From Anaerohalosphaeraceae bacterium (GTDB lineage Bacteria; Planctomycetota; Phycisphaerae; Sedimentisphaerales; Anaerohalosphaeraceae), in contig CAXXSL010000013.1 of the NCBI GenBank assembly GCA_963675525.2, positions 256,001-320,000 on the forward strand: DNA of 64,000 nucleotides. The letters are read 5' to 3'. Of this stretch, positions 40,005 to 50,011 are shown piece by piece (the stretch's first letter is position 1; the number at the start of each line of letters is the position of its first letter). The notes under the pieces are model-generated. The model saw only the letters and a program-made list of their open reading frames with translations, did not search any database and was not told the origin of the DNA. Both the position numbers and the translations under genes were made by a program.

Positions 40005-42200
40005 ATGTCGAAACTCGTCATCGTATCCAATCGACTGCCCGTCACCGTGACCCAGTTGGACGAACAGAACGTTTCGGTTCAACCAAGCGTCGGCGGAGTC
40101 GCCACGGGGATCGCCTCACTGGATCGGCCTGAAAAAAACCTTTGGTTCGGATGGCCGGGCATATCAAATGACAAAATGAATCCGCAAATCAGAAGCGAGA
40201 TTCATACCAAACTTAAAGAAATCGACTGCAGTCCGGTTTTTCTCGATGCGCAGGATATCCGGGATTTCTACTATGGATTCAGCAATCGTACCATCTGGCC
40301 GCTCTTTCATTATTTTTCACATTATGCGGTTTTCAATCAGCAATTCTGGAATCGTTATGTCAAGGTCAACAAAGCGTTCTGTAAAGCGATCCTGAAAAAC
40401 GTTCGTTCAAACGATAAGATATGGATCCATGATTACCAACTCATGCTGCTGCCGAAGATGCTGCGTGAGCATTTACCGAAAGCCCAGATCGGATTCTTTC
40501 TGCATATTCCGTTCCCGTCTTTCGAACTGCTTCGCCTGCTGCCCTGGCGAAAGGAACTGCTGGACGGAATGCTGGGCGCCGATCTGGTGGGACTTCATGA
40601 GTACGACTACGTGCGGCATTTTCTGAGCAGTGTTTACCGTATCCGGGGGCTTGAAAGTCATTATAACCAGATATCGATCGGCGAACGACAGGTTCGGGTC
40701 GATGCTTTCCCGATGGGCATCGATTATGAAAAATTCTGCAATAGTCACAATAATCCGGCCGTGATAGAAGAAATGACTAAAATGCGGCACCAAGTCACCG
40801 ATGACCGAAAAGTCATCTTTTCCGTGGACCGGCTCGACTACACCAAAGGCATTCTTAGTCGCCTTGAAGCCTTCGAAATCTTTCTGGAACGCTATCCCCG
40901 ATACCATGGCAAGGTCACACTGATCGTCGTTGCCGTGCCCTCCCGTACGAAAGTCAGCCAATATAATCAACTGAAGGAACAGATCGAAAAGCTGATCGGC
41001 CGCATCAACGGCCAATACAGTACTATCAACTGGACCCCTGTTTCGTATCTCTATCGAAGCCTGAATTTTGAACAGCTCACCGCCCTGTACAATATCGCTG
41101 ACGCAGCGCTCATCACACCCCTTCGCGACGGCATGAACCTGATCGCTAAAGAGTTTGTCGCATGTCAGCAAAACAAAACGCATCAGGGCATCCTGATCCT
41201 GAGCGAAATGGCCGGCGCCGCCAGTGAACTGGCCGAGGGAATCATCGTCAACCCGTACGACATCGAAAATATCGTCCAGGGCCTGCTTCAGGCCGTCGAA
41301 ATGCCCCACGAGGATATACAGCGGCGCAATCAGGTCATGCAGGAACGCCTCAGCCGTTACACCGTCGGGCGGTGGGCCGGCGACTTTCTCGATATGCTGA
41401 ATGAGACACATAAGAATCAGGAAGAGCTCAGTACCCGGAAGCTTTCCAAAAAAATCGAACAGACCATTTATTCTAAATACAAACACGCAAAAAAGCGTTT
41501 GATCTTGCTGGATTATGACGGAACGCTGGTTCATTTTTATCCACAGCCCGAGCAGGCCAAGCCTGATCCGGAGTTGATGAACATCTTGACCGGCCTTTCA
41601 GAAAATCCAAATAACGAAGTCGTCATTATCAGCGGACGCGACCGTAAAACATTGACAAAATGGCTGGGCAATGTAAACGTTCACTTAATTGCCGAACACG
41701 GAGCCTATGTACGCCAAAAAGGCGGCCGATGGAAAAGCCCCCACCCGATGGATGATGAGTGGAAAAAGACCATTCATCCGATCATGGACCTTTATGTGGA
41801 TCGAACGCCGCGTTCTTTTGTTGAGGAAAAAAATTATTCGCTGGTCTGGCACTGCAGAAAAAGTGAACCCGGCCTGGCTCATCTTCGGACACAGGAACTT
41901 AAAAACGCCCTTGTGATGCTGACGACCAATCTGAACATCGGCATTTTTGAAGGGCACAAGATAGTGGAAGTAAAGCATTTATCAGCCAACAAAGGGACTG
42001 CCACGAGCAACTGGCTGAATCAGACCAATTGGGATTTTGTTTTGATTGCCGGAGATGATTATACCGACGAAGATATGTTCGGTGCCGTCGATGAGAAGGC
42101 ATTCACGATTCATATCGGACCCGGCCCGTCAAAGGCTCTGTATTACACGGGAAATGTTGTATCATTCAGAGAATTTCTGGATGAATTACGAAAAAACTGA
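40005..42200 (+). CDS. Bifunctional trehalose-6-phosphate synthase/phosphatase (OtsA-OtsB fusion)
   Basis: GT20 motifs 'VSNRLP', 'WIHDYQLMLLP', 'FFLHIPFP', 'DRLDYTKG', 'RDGMNL.AKE'; HAD motifs 'LDYDGTL', 'SGR', 'GDDYTDEDMF'. Confidence 0.95.
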   Translation: MSKLVIVSNRLPVTVTQLDEQNVSVQPSVGGVATGIASLDRPEKNLWFGWPGISNDKMNPQIRSEIHTKLKEIDCSPVFLDAQDIRDFYYGFSNRTIWPLFHYFSHYAVFNQQFWNRYVKVNKAFCKAILKNVRSNDKIWIHDYQLMLLPKMLREHLPKAQIGFFLHIPFPSFELLRLLPWRKELLDGMLGADLVGLHEYDYVRHFLSSVYRIRGLESHYNQISIGERQVRVDAFPMGIDYEKFCNSHNNPAVIEEMTKMRHQVTDDRKVIFSVDRLDYTKGILSRLEAFEIFLERYPRYHGKVTLIVVAVPSRTKVSQYNQLKEQIEKLIGRINGQYSTINWTPVSYLYRSLNFEQLTALYNIADAALITPLRDGMNLIAKEFVACQQNKTHQGILILSEMAGAASELAEGIIVNPYDIENIVQGLLQAVEMPHEDIQRRNQVMQERLSRYTVGRWAGDFLDMLNETHKNQEELSTRKLSKKIEQTIYSKYKHAKKRLILLDYDGTLVHFYPQPEQAKPDPELMNILTGLSENPNNEVVIISGRDRKTLTKWLGNVNVHLIAEHGAYVRQKGGRWKSPHPMDDEWKKTIHPIMDLYVDRTPRSFVEEKNYSLVWHCRKSEPGLAHLRTQELKNALVMLTTNLNIGIFEGHKIVEVKHLSANKGTATSNWLNQTNWDFVLIAGDDYTDEDMFGAVDEKAFTIHIGPGPSKALYYTGNVVSFREFLDELRKN

Positions 42201-42228
42201 CCACCGATCATAAATAACATTGGCGGGT

Positions 42229-44037
42229 ATGACGATGAATAATTTGAATTACGGGATTATCGGAAATTGTAAAAGTGCGGCTCTCGTTGATGAAACGGGA
42301 AGTATTGACTGGTGCTGCCTGCCGGATTTTGACTCGTCTTCAGTTTTTGCACGGCTTCTGGATGCCGAAAACGGCGGTTTTTTTTCGATTGAGCCGGAAG
42401 GCCAATATTCTATCCGACAGTCTTATATCGATAAAACAAATATCCTGGTGACCGCATTCTCAAACGAACAAAACGCATTTGAAGTCATCGATTTTATGCC
42501 GCGTTATAAAGCGGACAGTGGCTCGTATCACTGCCCGCCGGATATTATTCGTTATCTCAGGATCGTGAAAGGTCGACCCATTGTTCGAATCCATTACAAC
42601 CCCCGCCCCGCTTATGCGCAAAATCCGGTTCACTGCGAAACCAGTGACGTCTTTATCAAATATATGACCAGCAAAGGCGCTTATGAATCCGTCTATTTAT
42701 ACACGGACCTGCCCTTCGATAAAGTGACTGAACCGCACCCGGTTCAACTCGAAAACGATTGCTTTCTACTGCTCAGCTACAACCAGAAACTCTTCAAGCC
42801 CGATATGAATTGGGTGCAATTGGAATTTGAGCGAACCAAAGTGTACTGGATGGGATGGGTAGCCAAAACGAAAGTTCTGTCGGCCTATCAAAAGCAAGTC
42901 GAGCGAAGCTCGCTCGTCCTGAAATTGCTGGCCTATCAGAAAACCGGGGCCATTCTGGCCGCCGTCACCACCAGCCTGCCGGAAACGATCGGTGAGGTTC
43001 GTAACTGGGACTATCGCTACTGCTGGCTCAGGGATGCCTCCATGACCATCAGCATTCTCTCGAAACTGGGGCACAGTAATGTTGCGTCACGTTTTCTTCA
43101 GTTCATCCTGGATATCATCCCCTTTAAAGATGAAAACATCCAGATCATGTACCCCATCAACCATCGCCGCCGCCTCACCGAAAAAGAACTGCCCTGGCTG
43201 GCCGGTTACGAAAACACCAAACCGGTCCGCATCGGTAATGCCGCGGTAAAACAAAAACAGAACGACATCTTTGGGATCGTGCTGGATGCTCTCTATCAAA
43301 GCCTGATCATCTTTCAGGAAACCCTTCACAATAAGGAAGACTTGTGGACTGTGGTGCGAACTCTGGCGCGTCACATCGAAAACAACTGGAAAAAACTGGA
43401 TTCGAGCATCTGGGAATTCAGAACCGAGCAAAAACATTTTACGTTTTCGAAGATCATTTGCTGGGTCGGGATGGATCGCGCCGCTCGCATTGCCGCTTCT
43501 TTCGGAAAACACGCCGACGCACATGCCTATCTCAATCTGCGCAATCGTATCAAGTCGGACATCCTGAGTAAAGGATGCCATCCGGAGACAAAAGCATTGA
43601 CACAATTTTACGGCGGCGATTCCATGGACGCAGCCAACCTGCTCGCAAAGCAGTATGGATTTCTGTTGCCAACCGACCCTGTGTATATCAATACAGTAAC
43701 GCAAACGGTTGAAAGCCTCTGTAGAGATGGCTTGATGTACCGGTATAAGACCGCTGATGACTTCGGCCTGCCGAAATCGTCCTTTACCACCTGCACCTTC
43801 TGGGCCATTAAAAGCCTTTTCCTGATCGGCCAAAAACAACGTGCCATCGAGATGTTTGAACAAGTGCTCAGCTATAGTAATCATCTGGGCTTATTTAGTG
43901 AAGACATCGATTTTGAGACCAAGCGGTTGCTAGGCAATTTCCCCCAGGGATATTCGCATATTTCACTGATCGATACGGCCATAACGCTTTCAGAGAATCC
44001 CGATTGGTTCGATCAGGGTGAATTTTTTCTGCCGTAA
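42229..44037 (+). CDS. Glycoside hydrolase family 15 (trehalase/glucoamylase-like)
   Basis: 'IIGNCKSAAL..GSIDWCCLP.FDS', 'TTSLPE..RNWDYRYCWLRDA', 'IWEFR', 'LFSED..LGNFPQ'. Confidence 0.93.
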   Translation: MTMNNLNYGIIGNCKSAALVDETGSIDWCCLPDFDSSSVFARLLDAENGGFFSIEPEGQYSIRQSYIDKTNILVTAFSNEQNAFEVIDFMPRYKADSGSYHCPPDIIRYLRIVKGRPIVRIHYNPRPAYAQNPVHCETSDVFIKYMTSKGAYESVYLYTDLPFDKVTEPHPVQLENDCFLLLSYNQKLFKPDMNWVQLEFERTKVYWMGWVAKTKVLSAYQKQVERSSLVLKLLAYQKTGAILAAVTTSLPETIGEVRNWDYRYCWLRDASMTISILSKLGHSNVASRFLQFILDIIPFKDENIQIMYPINHRRRLTEKELPWLAGYENTKPVRIGNAAVKQKQNDIFGIVLDALYQSLIIFQETLHNKEDLWTVVRTLARHIENNWKKLDSSIWEFRTEQKHFTFSKIICWVGMDRAARIAASFGKHADAHAYLNLRNRIKSDILSKGCHPETKALTQFYGGDSMDAANLLAKQYGFLLPTDPVYINTVTQTVESLCRDGLMYRYKTADDFGLPKSSFTTCTFWAIKSLFLIGQKQRAIEMFEQVLSYSNHLGLFSEDIDFETKRLLGNFPQGYSHISLIDTAITLSENPDWFDQGEFFLP

Positions 44038-44056
44038 CAGAAGCGAAAAAAGCCCG

Positions 44057-45346
44057 CTAAATTGTCTGGCGAAGGAGAACTTTGTTGGCACTGTCAACAA
44101 TCAGGATTTTTTCCTGTGGATTTTCGGCTAACCAGCCATTAATGACTGTCTGAGGATCGGCACAGGGGGACATGTGTATTTTCTCAATCTCGGAATCATC
44201 GATCTCTGAATAAAGCCATAGCTGTCTCAGCCGCCGAATCAAGGCGGCAAATCGCCACGGCTTATGGCTGAAGAGCTTGTACTGTTTTCTGTCCGATGCC
44301 TCGATCGCATCAAGCGGACGGATCAACTTGGAATAAAACTCCTCGGCCGTCCGCGGGTTGCCGACTCCCTTCGGACACGCTGACAAAAACAAAATTTCAC
44401 CCCCGTCACAAACGACGCCGCCGGTTAATTCCAGCGCACGCTGAGCAATATACAAATCGACATCGTTCGGCAGACCGCCGGGTGAAATGATCATTTTGGA
44501 AACCCGTTCGGCCGAAAAACAATTGAAACGGTCAGCTTTCAGAAATGCCTGCCCGGTCACCTGTTGGGCCGGCCCAAAAGCCGCCCATTCGATCTGCCCG
44601 CCCGTACTCCGCGTCACCAGCGCCCAGACGGGACGGTCCCCCGCAATCATCGTCATCGCCTCCAGTTGATCCTGCGCCAAAGGATTCTCACGCCGTTCCG
44701 GCTCCGGATGCCACGGATGAACACCCGCACAGGAAGCGGCATCCATTGTCCAGCTATGATTTTGCTCGACCGTATTAAACGCACACAGTCCCGGCACGAA
44801 ATTCTTGACCGGATTGGAATAGCCCGCAAAGTAATGATGCTTTACGTCAGAAAGAACCGCGAAAACCGCCGGTTCCTGTAATCGGGCATGGTACAGGATC
44901 TCCGTCCCTCGTGCCGTTGAGCCGGCGGAAACAAAAGAGGCCCCACGGCAATCATGGACGATTATTTCATAAGCCTGAAGATCAACTTTCCGTGCTTCGG
45001 CTTGAATCTGCTCGATGATTTTTTGATTTTCAGGCGTATCACCCGAATGTGTACCGGTACAGATAAAAAAGAGGACTTTTTTGGCATTTTTCATCAGCGG
45101 CAATAACTGCGGCAATATCACACTCTGCGAAAGATCCCGTGTCCCGTCCGGCAGCAACACACCGACGGTCCGTCCCGCGGCATTTTCGCATAAATCACCC
45201 CCGCCGTCGCTGATCGCCCGTCTGACAATCTCCGCATCGCTTGTGTGCGACAGACCCAAATGCCGCGGACGGATTATTTCGACGACATTTTCCTGCGGAA
45301 TCTCAAGGCTTATTTGCCCTTGACCGTAATGAAGTGAAACCTTCAT
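44057..45346 (-). CDS. LarA-family (lactate racemase / 2-hydroxyacid racemase-epimerase-like) protein
   Basis: 'MKVSLHYG', 'PDGTR', 'CTGTH', 'VHD', 'HHYFAGYS...KNFVPGL', 'QNH', 'SPGGLPNDVDLY', 'GGEIL..C.KGVG'. Confidence 0.8.
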   Translation of the reverse strand: MKVSLHYGQGQISLEIPQENVVEIIRPRHLGLSHTSDAEIVRRAISDGGGDLCENAAGRTVGVLLPDGTRDLSQSVILPQLLPLMKNAKKVLFFICTGTHSGDTPENQKIIEQIQAEARKVDLQAYEIIVHDCRGASFVSAGSTARGTEILYHARLQEPAVFAVLSDVKHHYFAGYSNPVKNFVPGLCAFNTVEQNHSWTMDAASCAGVHPWHPEPERRENPLAQDQLEAMTMIAGDRPVWALVTRSTGGQIEWAAFGPAQQVTGQAFLKADRFNCFSAERVSKMIISPGGLPNDVDLYIAQRALELTGGVVCDGGEILFLSACPKGVGNPRTAEEFYSKLIRPLDAIEASDRKQYKLFSHKPWRFAALIRRLRQLWLYSEIDDSEIEKIHMSPCADPQTVINGWLAENPQEKILIVDSANKVLLRQTI

Positions 45347-45366
45347 GATCCTGTCACTTTCTATCA

Positions 45367-46506
45367 CTAACGAATCTTCAGCGTCGCCAGAGCCAGGACC
45401 GCGAACGCGATCGACAGCAACCAGAATCGGACTACCACCTGCGGCTCGGACCACCCGGCCAGATGAAAATGGTGATGAATCGGCGCACAGCGAAAAATGC
45501 GTTTACCCCCGGAGTATTTGAAGTAGCCCACCTGAAGAACGACGCTAAAGAGCTCCATCATAAAGACGCCGCCGATAATAAACAGTAATATTTCATTTCG
45601 CGTGACGATGGCCCCGTATCCCATCGCCGCCCCCAGCGGCAGCGAACCAACATCACCCATAAAGACCTGTGCCGGATGACAGTTGTACCAAAGAAATCCG
45701 AGAATGGCTCCCGTGATCGAGGCATAAAAAATGCACAACTCACCCGATTCAGGAATATGCGGCAAAAGCAAATAGCTGGCCCATGATGTCTGTACGGTTC
45801 GAGACATATATTCGGAGGCAATATAGCACAGCATCACCAGCACCGTTGACATGATCCCCAGACATCCCGACGCCAGGCCATCCATCCCGTCGGTTAAATT
45901 GACCGCATTGCTCGTGCCGGAGATATAGAGCACCGACAGCACCACAAAAACCCAGGCCGCCAGCGGAATGCCATGTTTATAAAACGGCAGCCAAAACATT
46001 CGGGCATCTTCAATAAGCAGAAAATCCGAACGCAGAAAAATCGCGATCAGTACCGCACCGCCAAACTGGAACAGAAGTTTTTCCCATGCTTTCAGTCCGT
46101 CCCGGCTGCGGTGACGAATTTTACTGGTCAGTTTGAGCCAGTCATCAACCGCACCGATACCGCCGTACCAGATAATGATGAATACGGCCTTGTGAATAAA
46201 CGCATTGTTAAGCCTGGCCCACAGGAATGTCCCCGCCAGCACCGACGCCAAAATAATGATGCCCCCCATGGTCGGCGTGTTGGCTCGCTCGCGCATCAGC
46301 TCGTTCAGGGCGGTATGATGAAATTCCGGCCGGTCGCCGATCTTCATCCGCATCAGCCAGCGAATCACCTTCGGCGCCAAAAACAGCGCAACCGCCAAAC
46401 TCGTCAGTGCCGCCAGCACCGCACGGAACAGAACATCTTCGTATGCATAAAAGCCCAGCTTATGCGTAAACCCTTCTCGGAACCAATCTAACAGATGATA
46501 AATCAA
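45367..46506 (-). CDS. mraY: Phospho-N-acetylmuramoyl-pentapeptide transferase
   Basis: 'TPTMGG', 'DDWLK', 'SNAVNLTDGMDGLA', 'PAQVFMGDVGSL', 'APIHHHF..GWSE..VVRFW'; TTG start. Confidence 0.96.
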   Translation of the reverse strand: MIYHLLDWFREGFTHKLGFYAYEDVLFRAVLAALTSLAVALFLAPKVIRWLMRMKIGDRPEFHHTALNELMRERANTPTMGGIIILASVLAGTFLWARLNNAFIHKAVFIIIWYGGIGAVDDWLKLTSKIRHRSRDGLKAWEKLLFQFGGAVLIAIFLRSDFLLIEDARMFWLPFYKHGIPLAAWVFVVLSVLYISGTSNAVNLTDGMDGLASGCLGIMSTVLVMLCYIASEYMSRTVQTSWASYLLLPHIPESGELCIFYASITGAILGFLWYNCHPAQVFMGDVGSLPLGAAMGYGAIVTRNEILLFIIGGVFMMELFSVVLQVGYFKYSGGKRIFRCAPIHHHFHLAGWSEPQVVVRFWLLSIAFAVLALATLKIR

Positions 46507-46569
46507 CGTTTACTCCGTATTCTCGAAACCCGGCAGCTTCATCCCGGCATTATTCCGATCGCTCACTTT

Positions 46570-46760
46570 GTCATTCCGAGCGAAGCCGAGGAATCTATTG
46601 AAATAACCTCGCCGAAGGCGATTCATCAATTCTACAGTTTACATTGCTCTCTAAAAAACATTCTTTCTCTGGCCCTGAAAGGGCTGTCAGTCACTTTGCC
46701 GGGGGTCTTTACCCCCGGAAAAAGGATTTAAAAAATCCAGCCCGAAGGGGCGAAAGTAAA
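46570..46760. repeat. Cluster of REP-like repeats between murF and mraY
   Basis: gtcattccgagcgaagccgaggaatct, then gccctgaaagggc / ccggggg..cccccgg / gcccgaaggggc hairpins. Confidence 0.65.
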
Positions 46761-46792
46761 AAAAGAGCTTTTCGACAGGGCAAATTTACATT

Positions 46793-48169
46793 TTAAAATA
46801 ATTCATGCAACCGCAAGACCGCTCTCTCAAGACCTGCCGCACGCGATCCTTTGACTAATAGTATATCGTCAGGCTGGATATATTTATGCAGATTATTACA
46901 TAACAGGTCCGTATTTTCGAACACCTGAACCTGCAGTCCCGGACAGCGCTGCAAGGCTCCCGCCGCGGTGTCCTGTGCAAATGCCCCGACACACAACAGA
47001 AGCGTTACGCCTTCATCCGCCGCTTTACGCCCGAGTTCCGTATGCAGCACCTGCGATTGGTCGCCCAGTTCTTTCATCGTCCCGGCGATAAAAACAAGGC
47101 GGTCTTTCTTATCCCTGCGAAACGTCTTGAGGCATTCAAGGGCGTTGGCCATCGAAGCGGGGTTGGCATTATAACAATCGTTAAGAATCGTCAATGAACC
47201 GACCTTGAGAACCTCTAAACGCATCGAAATCGGCTTTAACCGACCGGTAATACCGTTATAGTCCGATAACGAAACCTTAAGGTCCCTGCAAATTGACCAA
47301 ACGGTCAGAATATTCATCAGGTTGGCTTTGCCAGCAAGCGGGACCGCAACGCGCTGTCCATCAATCACAAGAGAGCCGTTATTGCCGTACACTCGAAGGT
47401 CTGTTCCGATAATATCACAGTTCAAGGACGTACCAAAGGTGATGATTCGTCCGGTGAACATTGTTTTGGCTTTAGCAGCCAACTCCGGTTGGTCGCCGTT
47501 GAGATACAAGGTGCCGCCTTTAAGGAGTCCTTTGACAATCGAGACCTTTTCATCCAACACATTCTCCAGGGTCCCGAAACCCTCCAGGTGTGCGGGCCCG
47601 ACAAACGTGATCACTGCCGCATCCGGTTTGGCAATGTCAGTCAGTTCTGCGATTTCACCGGGAGCGTTGGTTCCCAACTCCAGCAGAAGGATTTCATCTT
47701 CCGGCTCGGTGGAAAGAATTGTCAGGGGAACGCCGATGTTGTTATTAAAACTTTTCGGTGCCTGCCTGCATCGGTAAAATTCGCTCAACACCTGATACAG
47801 TATCTGCCGCGTCGTCGTTTTGCCCGCTGAACCGGTGATCGCAATGACAGTCGCACGAATCTGCTGCCGATACCATGCCGCAAACTTTCCCAAAGCCGCA
47901 ATCGTATCATCCACAAGTATCACCGCGCCGCTGCTTTCAGCGGGCAAATCAATCGCATGGTTTAATACAAGACAGGACGCCCCTTTTTGAACCGCACCCC
48001 GAGCATAATCATGCCCGTCAAAATGCTCGCCCCGAATGGCAAAGAATATATCCCCCGCCTTGATCGTCCGCGAATCAATACTCACACCGTCTACCGAACC
48101 AGCCGCCTCTCCGCGAATCAGCCGTCCATCGATAATTTTTACAATCTGATTAATGTCTATGGGCATCAT
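46793..48169 (-). CDS. murF: UDP-MurNAc-tripeptide:D-Ala-D-Ala ligase
   Basis: 'IDSR', 'FDGHDY', 'ITGSAGKTTT', 'NNNIGVPLT', 'DCYNANPASM', 'M.ELG', 'LVKGSR'. Confidence 0.95.
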   Translation of the reverse strand: MMPIDINQIVKIIDGRLIRGEAAGSVDGVSIDSRTIKAGDIFFAIRGEHFDGHDYARGAVQKGASCLVLNHAIDLPAESSGAVILVDDTIAALGKFAAWYRQQIRATVIAITGSAGKTTTRQILYQVLSEFYRCRQAPKSFNNNIGVPLTILSTEPEDEILLLELGTNAPGEIAELTDIAKPDAAVITFVGPAHLEGFGTLENVLDEKVSIVKGLLKGGTLYLNGDQPELAAKAKTMFTGRIITFGTSLNCDIIGTDLRVYGNNGSLVIDGQRVAVPLAGKANLMNILTVWSICRDLKVSLSDYNGITGRLKPISMRLEVLKVGSLTILNDCYNANPASMANALECLKTFRRDKKDRLVFIAGTMKELGDQSQVLHTELGRKAADEGVTLLLCVGAFAQDTAAGALQRCPGLQVQVFENTDLLCNNLHKYIQPDDILLVKGSRAAGLERAVLRLHELF

Positions 48170-48263
48170 AAAAAAATGTCATTCTGAGCGAAGCGAAGAA
48201 TCTATTTAAACAGTTATCTGCCGCAGGCGGATTCCATGATTTTGCGTTTTGCATGTAGAATTA

Positions 48264-49724
48264 TTACATCAAATCTTCCAGCGCTTTCATCGCTTCTTCG
48301 ACATCGCTGAAATGGCGTTTTCCCGTCCCGATGATCTGATAGTCCTCATGGCCCTTCCCCGCCAACAGCACAATATCATCCGGCCGGGCCTGCTCGATCG
48401 CCAACCGAATCGCCTTGGCCCGATCCGCCTCAACAATAAGCTCTGCTTCAACTAAAGGGGTCAGACCCCTTTTTTTCGTAAACCCCGGCAGAATATCGTC
48501 AATGATCGCCTGCGGGTCCTCCGTGCGCGGGTTGTCACTGGTCACGATCACTACATCGGCCAGCGATTCGGCTACCTGAGCCATGCGGGGGCGTTTAGTC
48601 TTATCCCGGCCACCGCCACAGCCGAACAATACGATCAACCGACCTTCGCACAGTGGTTTCAGCGTTGTCAGTACATTTTTCAGCGCATCATCGGTGTGCG
48701 CGTAATCCACAAAAACCTGTATCCCTCGCCGACCGGCACCCTCACACCGCACCGGTTGGAGCCGTCCGGGAACTGACCGCAGTGCAGACAACCCCTCCGC
48801 AACGTCCTGCAAACTGAATCCCGCCGCCAGACAAAGCCCCGCGGCCGCCAGGCAATTGCTGATGTTATGTTTACCCGGCAGCGCTGTTTTAACCTGCTGG
48901 AGACAATGATTGAATTCTATATCAAACACACTGCCTTCGGCGTCCATCTGGTGGATGACCGCCTTGATGTCGACGTCATGTTCAATTCCGTACCAGAGAA
49001 TGCGTGTGCGCGGCTCGATCAGTTCGGCGATCGTATGGGCCTCATCCGATTCGGCGTTCAGCACCGCCAGCCCATGCGCCGGAAGCTCCAGGAATAGCCG
49101 GCTTTTGGCATCCAGGTAGTCGTCCTCCGTCTTGTGATAATCCAGATGGTCACCCGTCAGGTTCGTAAACGCCGCGGCGGTAAACGAGATCCCCGCCAAA
49201 CGCCGCTGGCTGAGGGCATGACTGCTGGCCTCGATCATCATGTAGTCGCAACCGCAATCGACCATTTCTTTCGATGCCTTGGCAATGGTTACCGCATCCG
49301 GCGTCGTCAGGGGTGCGGCTGTTTTTTGCGTGCCTGTGCTGTACTCAATCGTCCCGATCAGACCGCAGATGTTTTGCGCCTGCTCGATGATCGACCGTAC
49401 CATATATGCAACCGTGGTTTTGCCGTTTGTCCCGGTCACCGCCAGATTCGTCAATTGACTGTTGGGATTGCCGTACGATGCCTGCGCCAGTAAGCCCAGT
49501 GCGGCTGCAGAATCTTCGACGACAATACAATCTTCGCCCTCAACAGGCCGCTGGACCACTCGGTAAGCAGCACCGTTTGCCCTGGCCTGTTCAAGATAAT
49601 CATGGCCGTCAACCTGTGTTCCCGCGACAGCCACAAACACATCACCCGCCTGCACCAGCCGGGAATCCGCACAGACCCGCAACCCGCCGGACTGTACCAA
49701 TGCCATTAACTGTGTAAACGTCAT
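48264..49724 (-). CDS. murE: UDP-MurNAc-dipeptide:meso-diaminopimelate ligase
   Basis: 'VTGTNGKTT', 'TTPD', 'EASSH', 'FTNLTGDHLDYH', 'VDYAHT', 'FGCGG', the DAP-type motif 'DNPR', 'AGKGHEDYQ'. Confidence 0.96.
   Translation of the reverse strand: MTFTQLMALVQSGGLRVCADSRLVQAGDVFVAVAGTQVDGHDYLEQARANGAAYRVVQRPVEGEDCIVVEDSAAALGLLAQASYGNPNSQLTNLAVTGTNGKTTVAYMVRSIIEQAQNICGLIGTIEYSTGTQKTAAPLTTPDAVTIAKASKEMVDCGCDYMMIEASSHALSQRRLAGISFTAAAFTNLTGDHLDYHKTEDDYLDAKSRLFLELPAHGLAVLNAESDEAHTIAELIEPRTRILWYGIEHDVDIKAVIHQMDAEGSVFDIEFNHCLQQVKTALPGKHNISNCLAAAGLCLAAGFSLQDVAEGLSALRSVPGRLQPVRCEGAGRRGIQVFVDYAHTDDALKNVLTTLKPLCEGRLIVLFGCGGGRDKTKRPRMAQVAESLADVVIVTSDNPRTEDPQAIIDDILPGFTKKRGLTPLVEAELIVEADRAKAIRLAIEQARPDDIVLLAGKGHEDYQIIGTGKRHFSDVEEAMKALEDLM
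48454..48472. repeat. Palindrome AAAGGGGTC-A-GACCCCTTT inside murE
   Basis: Perfect 9-bp stem read in frame within 'KKRGLTPL'; related intergenic copy at about 55025-55045. Confidence 0.7.
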
Positions 49725-49774
49725 TGAACCTCTTCCGTCATCCGTCTTTTCTGTTCTGTTTTGCTCAAAAGGGC

Positions 49775-49803
49775 ATTGTATCGAACATAATACCGTTCTG
49801 CAA
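49775..49803 (-). promoter_or_regulatory. Sigma70-type promoter for murE
   Basis: TTGCAG -17 nt- TACAAT on the minus strand, about 50 nt upstream of ATG 49724. Confidence 0.55.
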
Positions 49804-50011
49804 TTGCAGTTTTCCTGTATCCTTAAAAACAAGTCACGCTTAAACTCCCGAAAACAGGGTGGGGGGTTCGCCGGAGCAGAGATTCTCGGTTTTCTGTCTT
49901 TTGGTTGTATTTTTCGTATATTTTGGTAAAATAGCTGGGGTTACGACAGGATGCTCGGAAAGCCTTATAGCGATTTTCCGCGACCAGCGGACTTTATAGA
50001 AAGGAGTTTTA

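Noticed and set aside
45347..45454. N-terminal extensions from the ORF track (LarA-like, murE, YfiR, transposase, CGGC protein)
   Set aside because: Downstream ATGs fit the family N-termini, RBS or promoter positions better, so the shorter starts were used.
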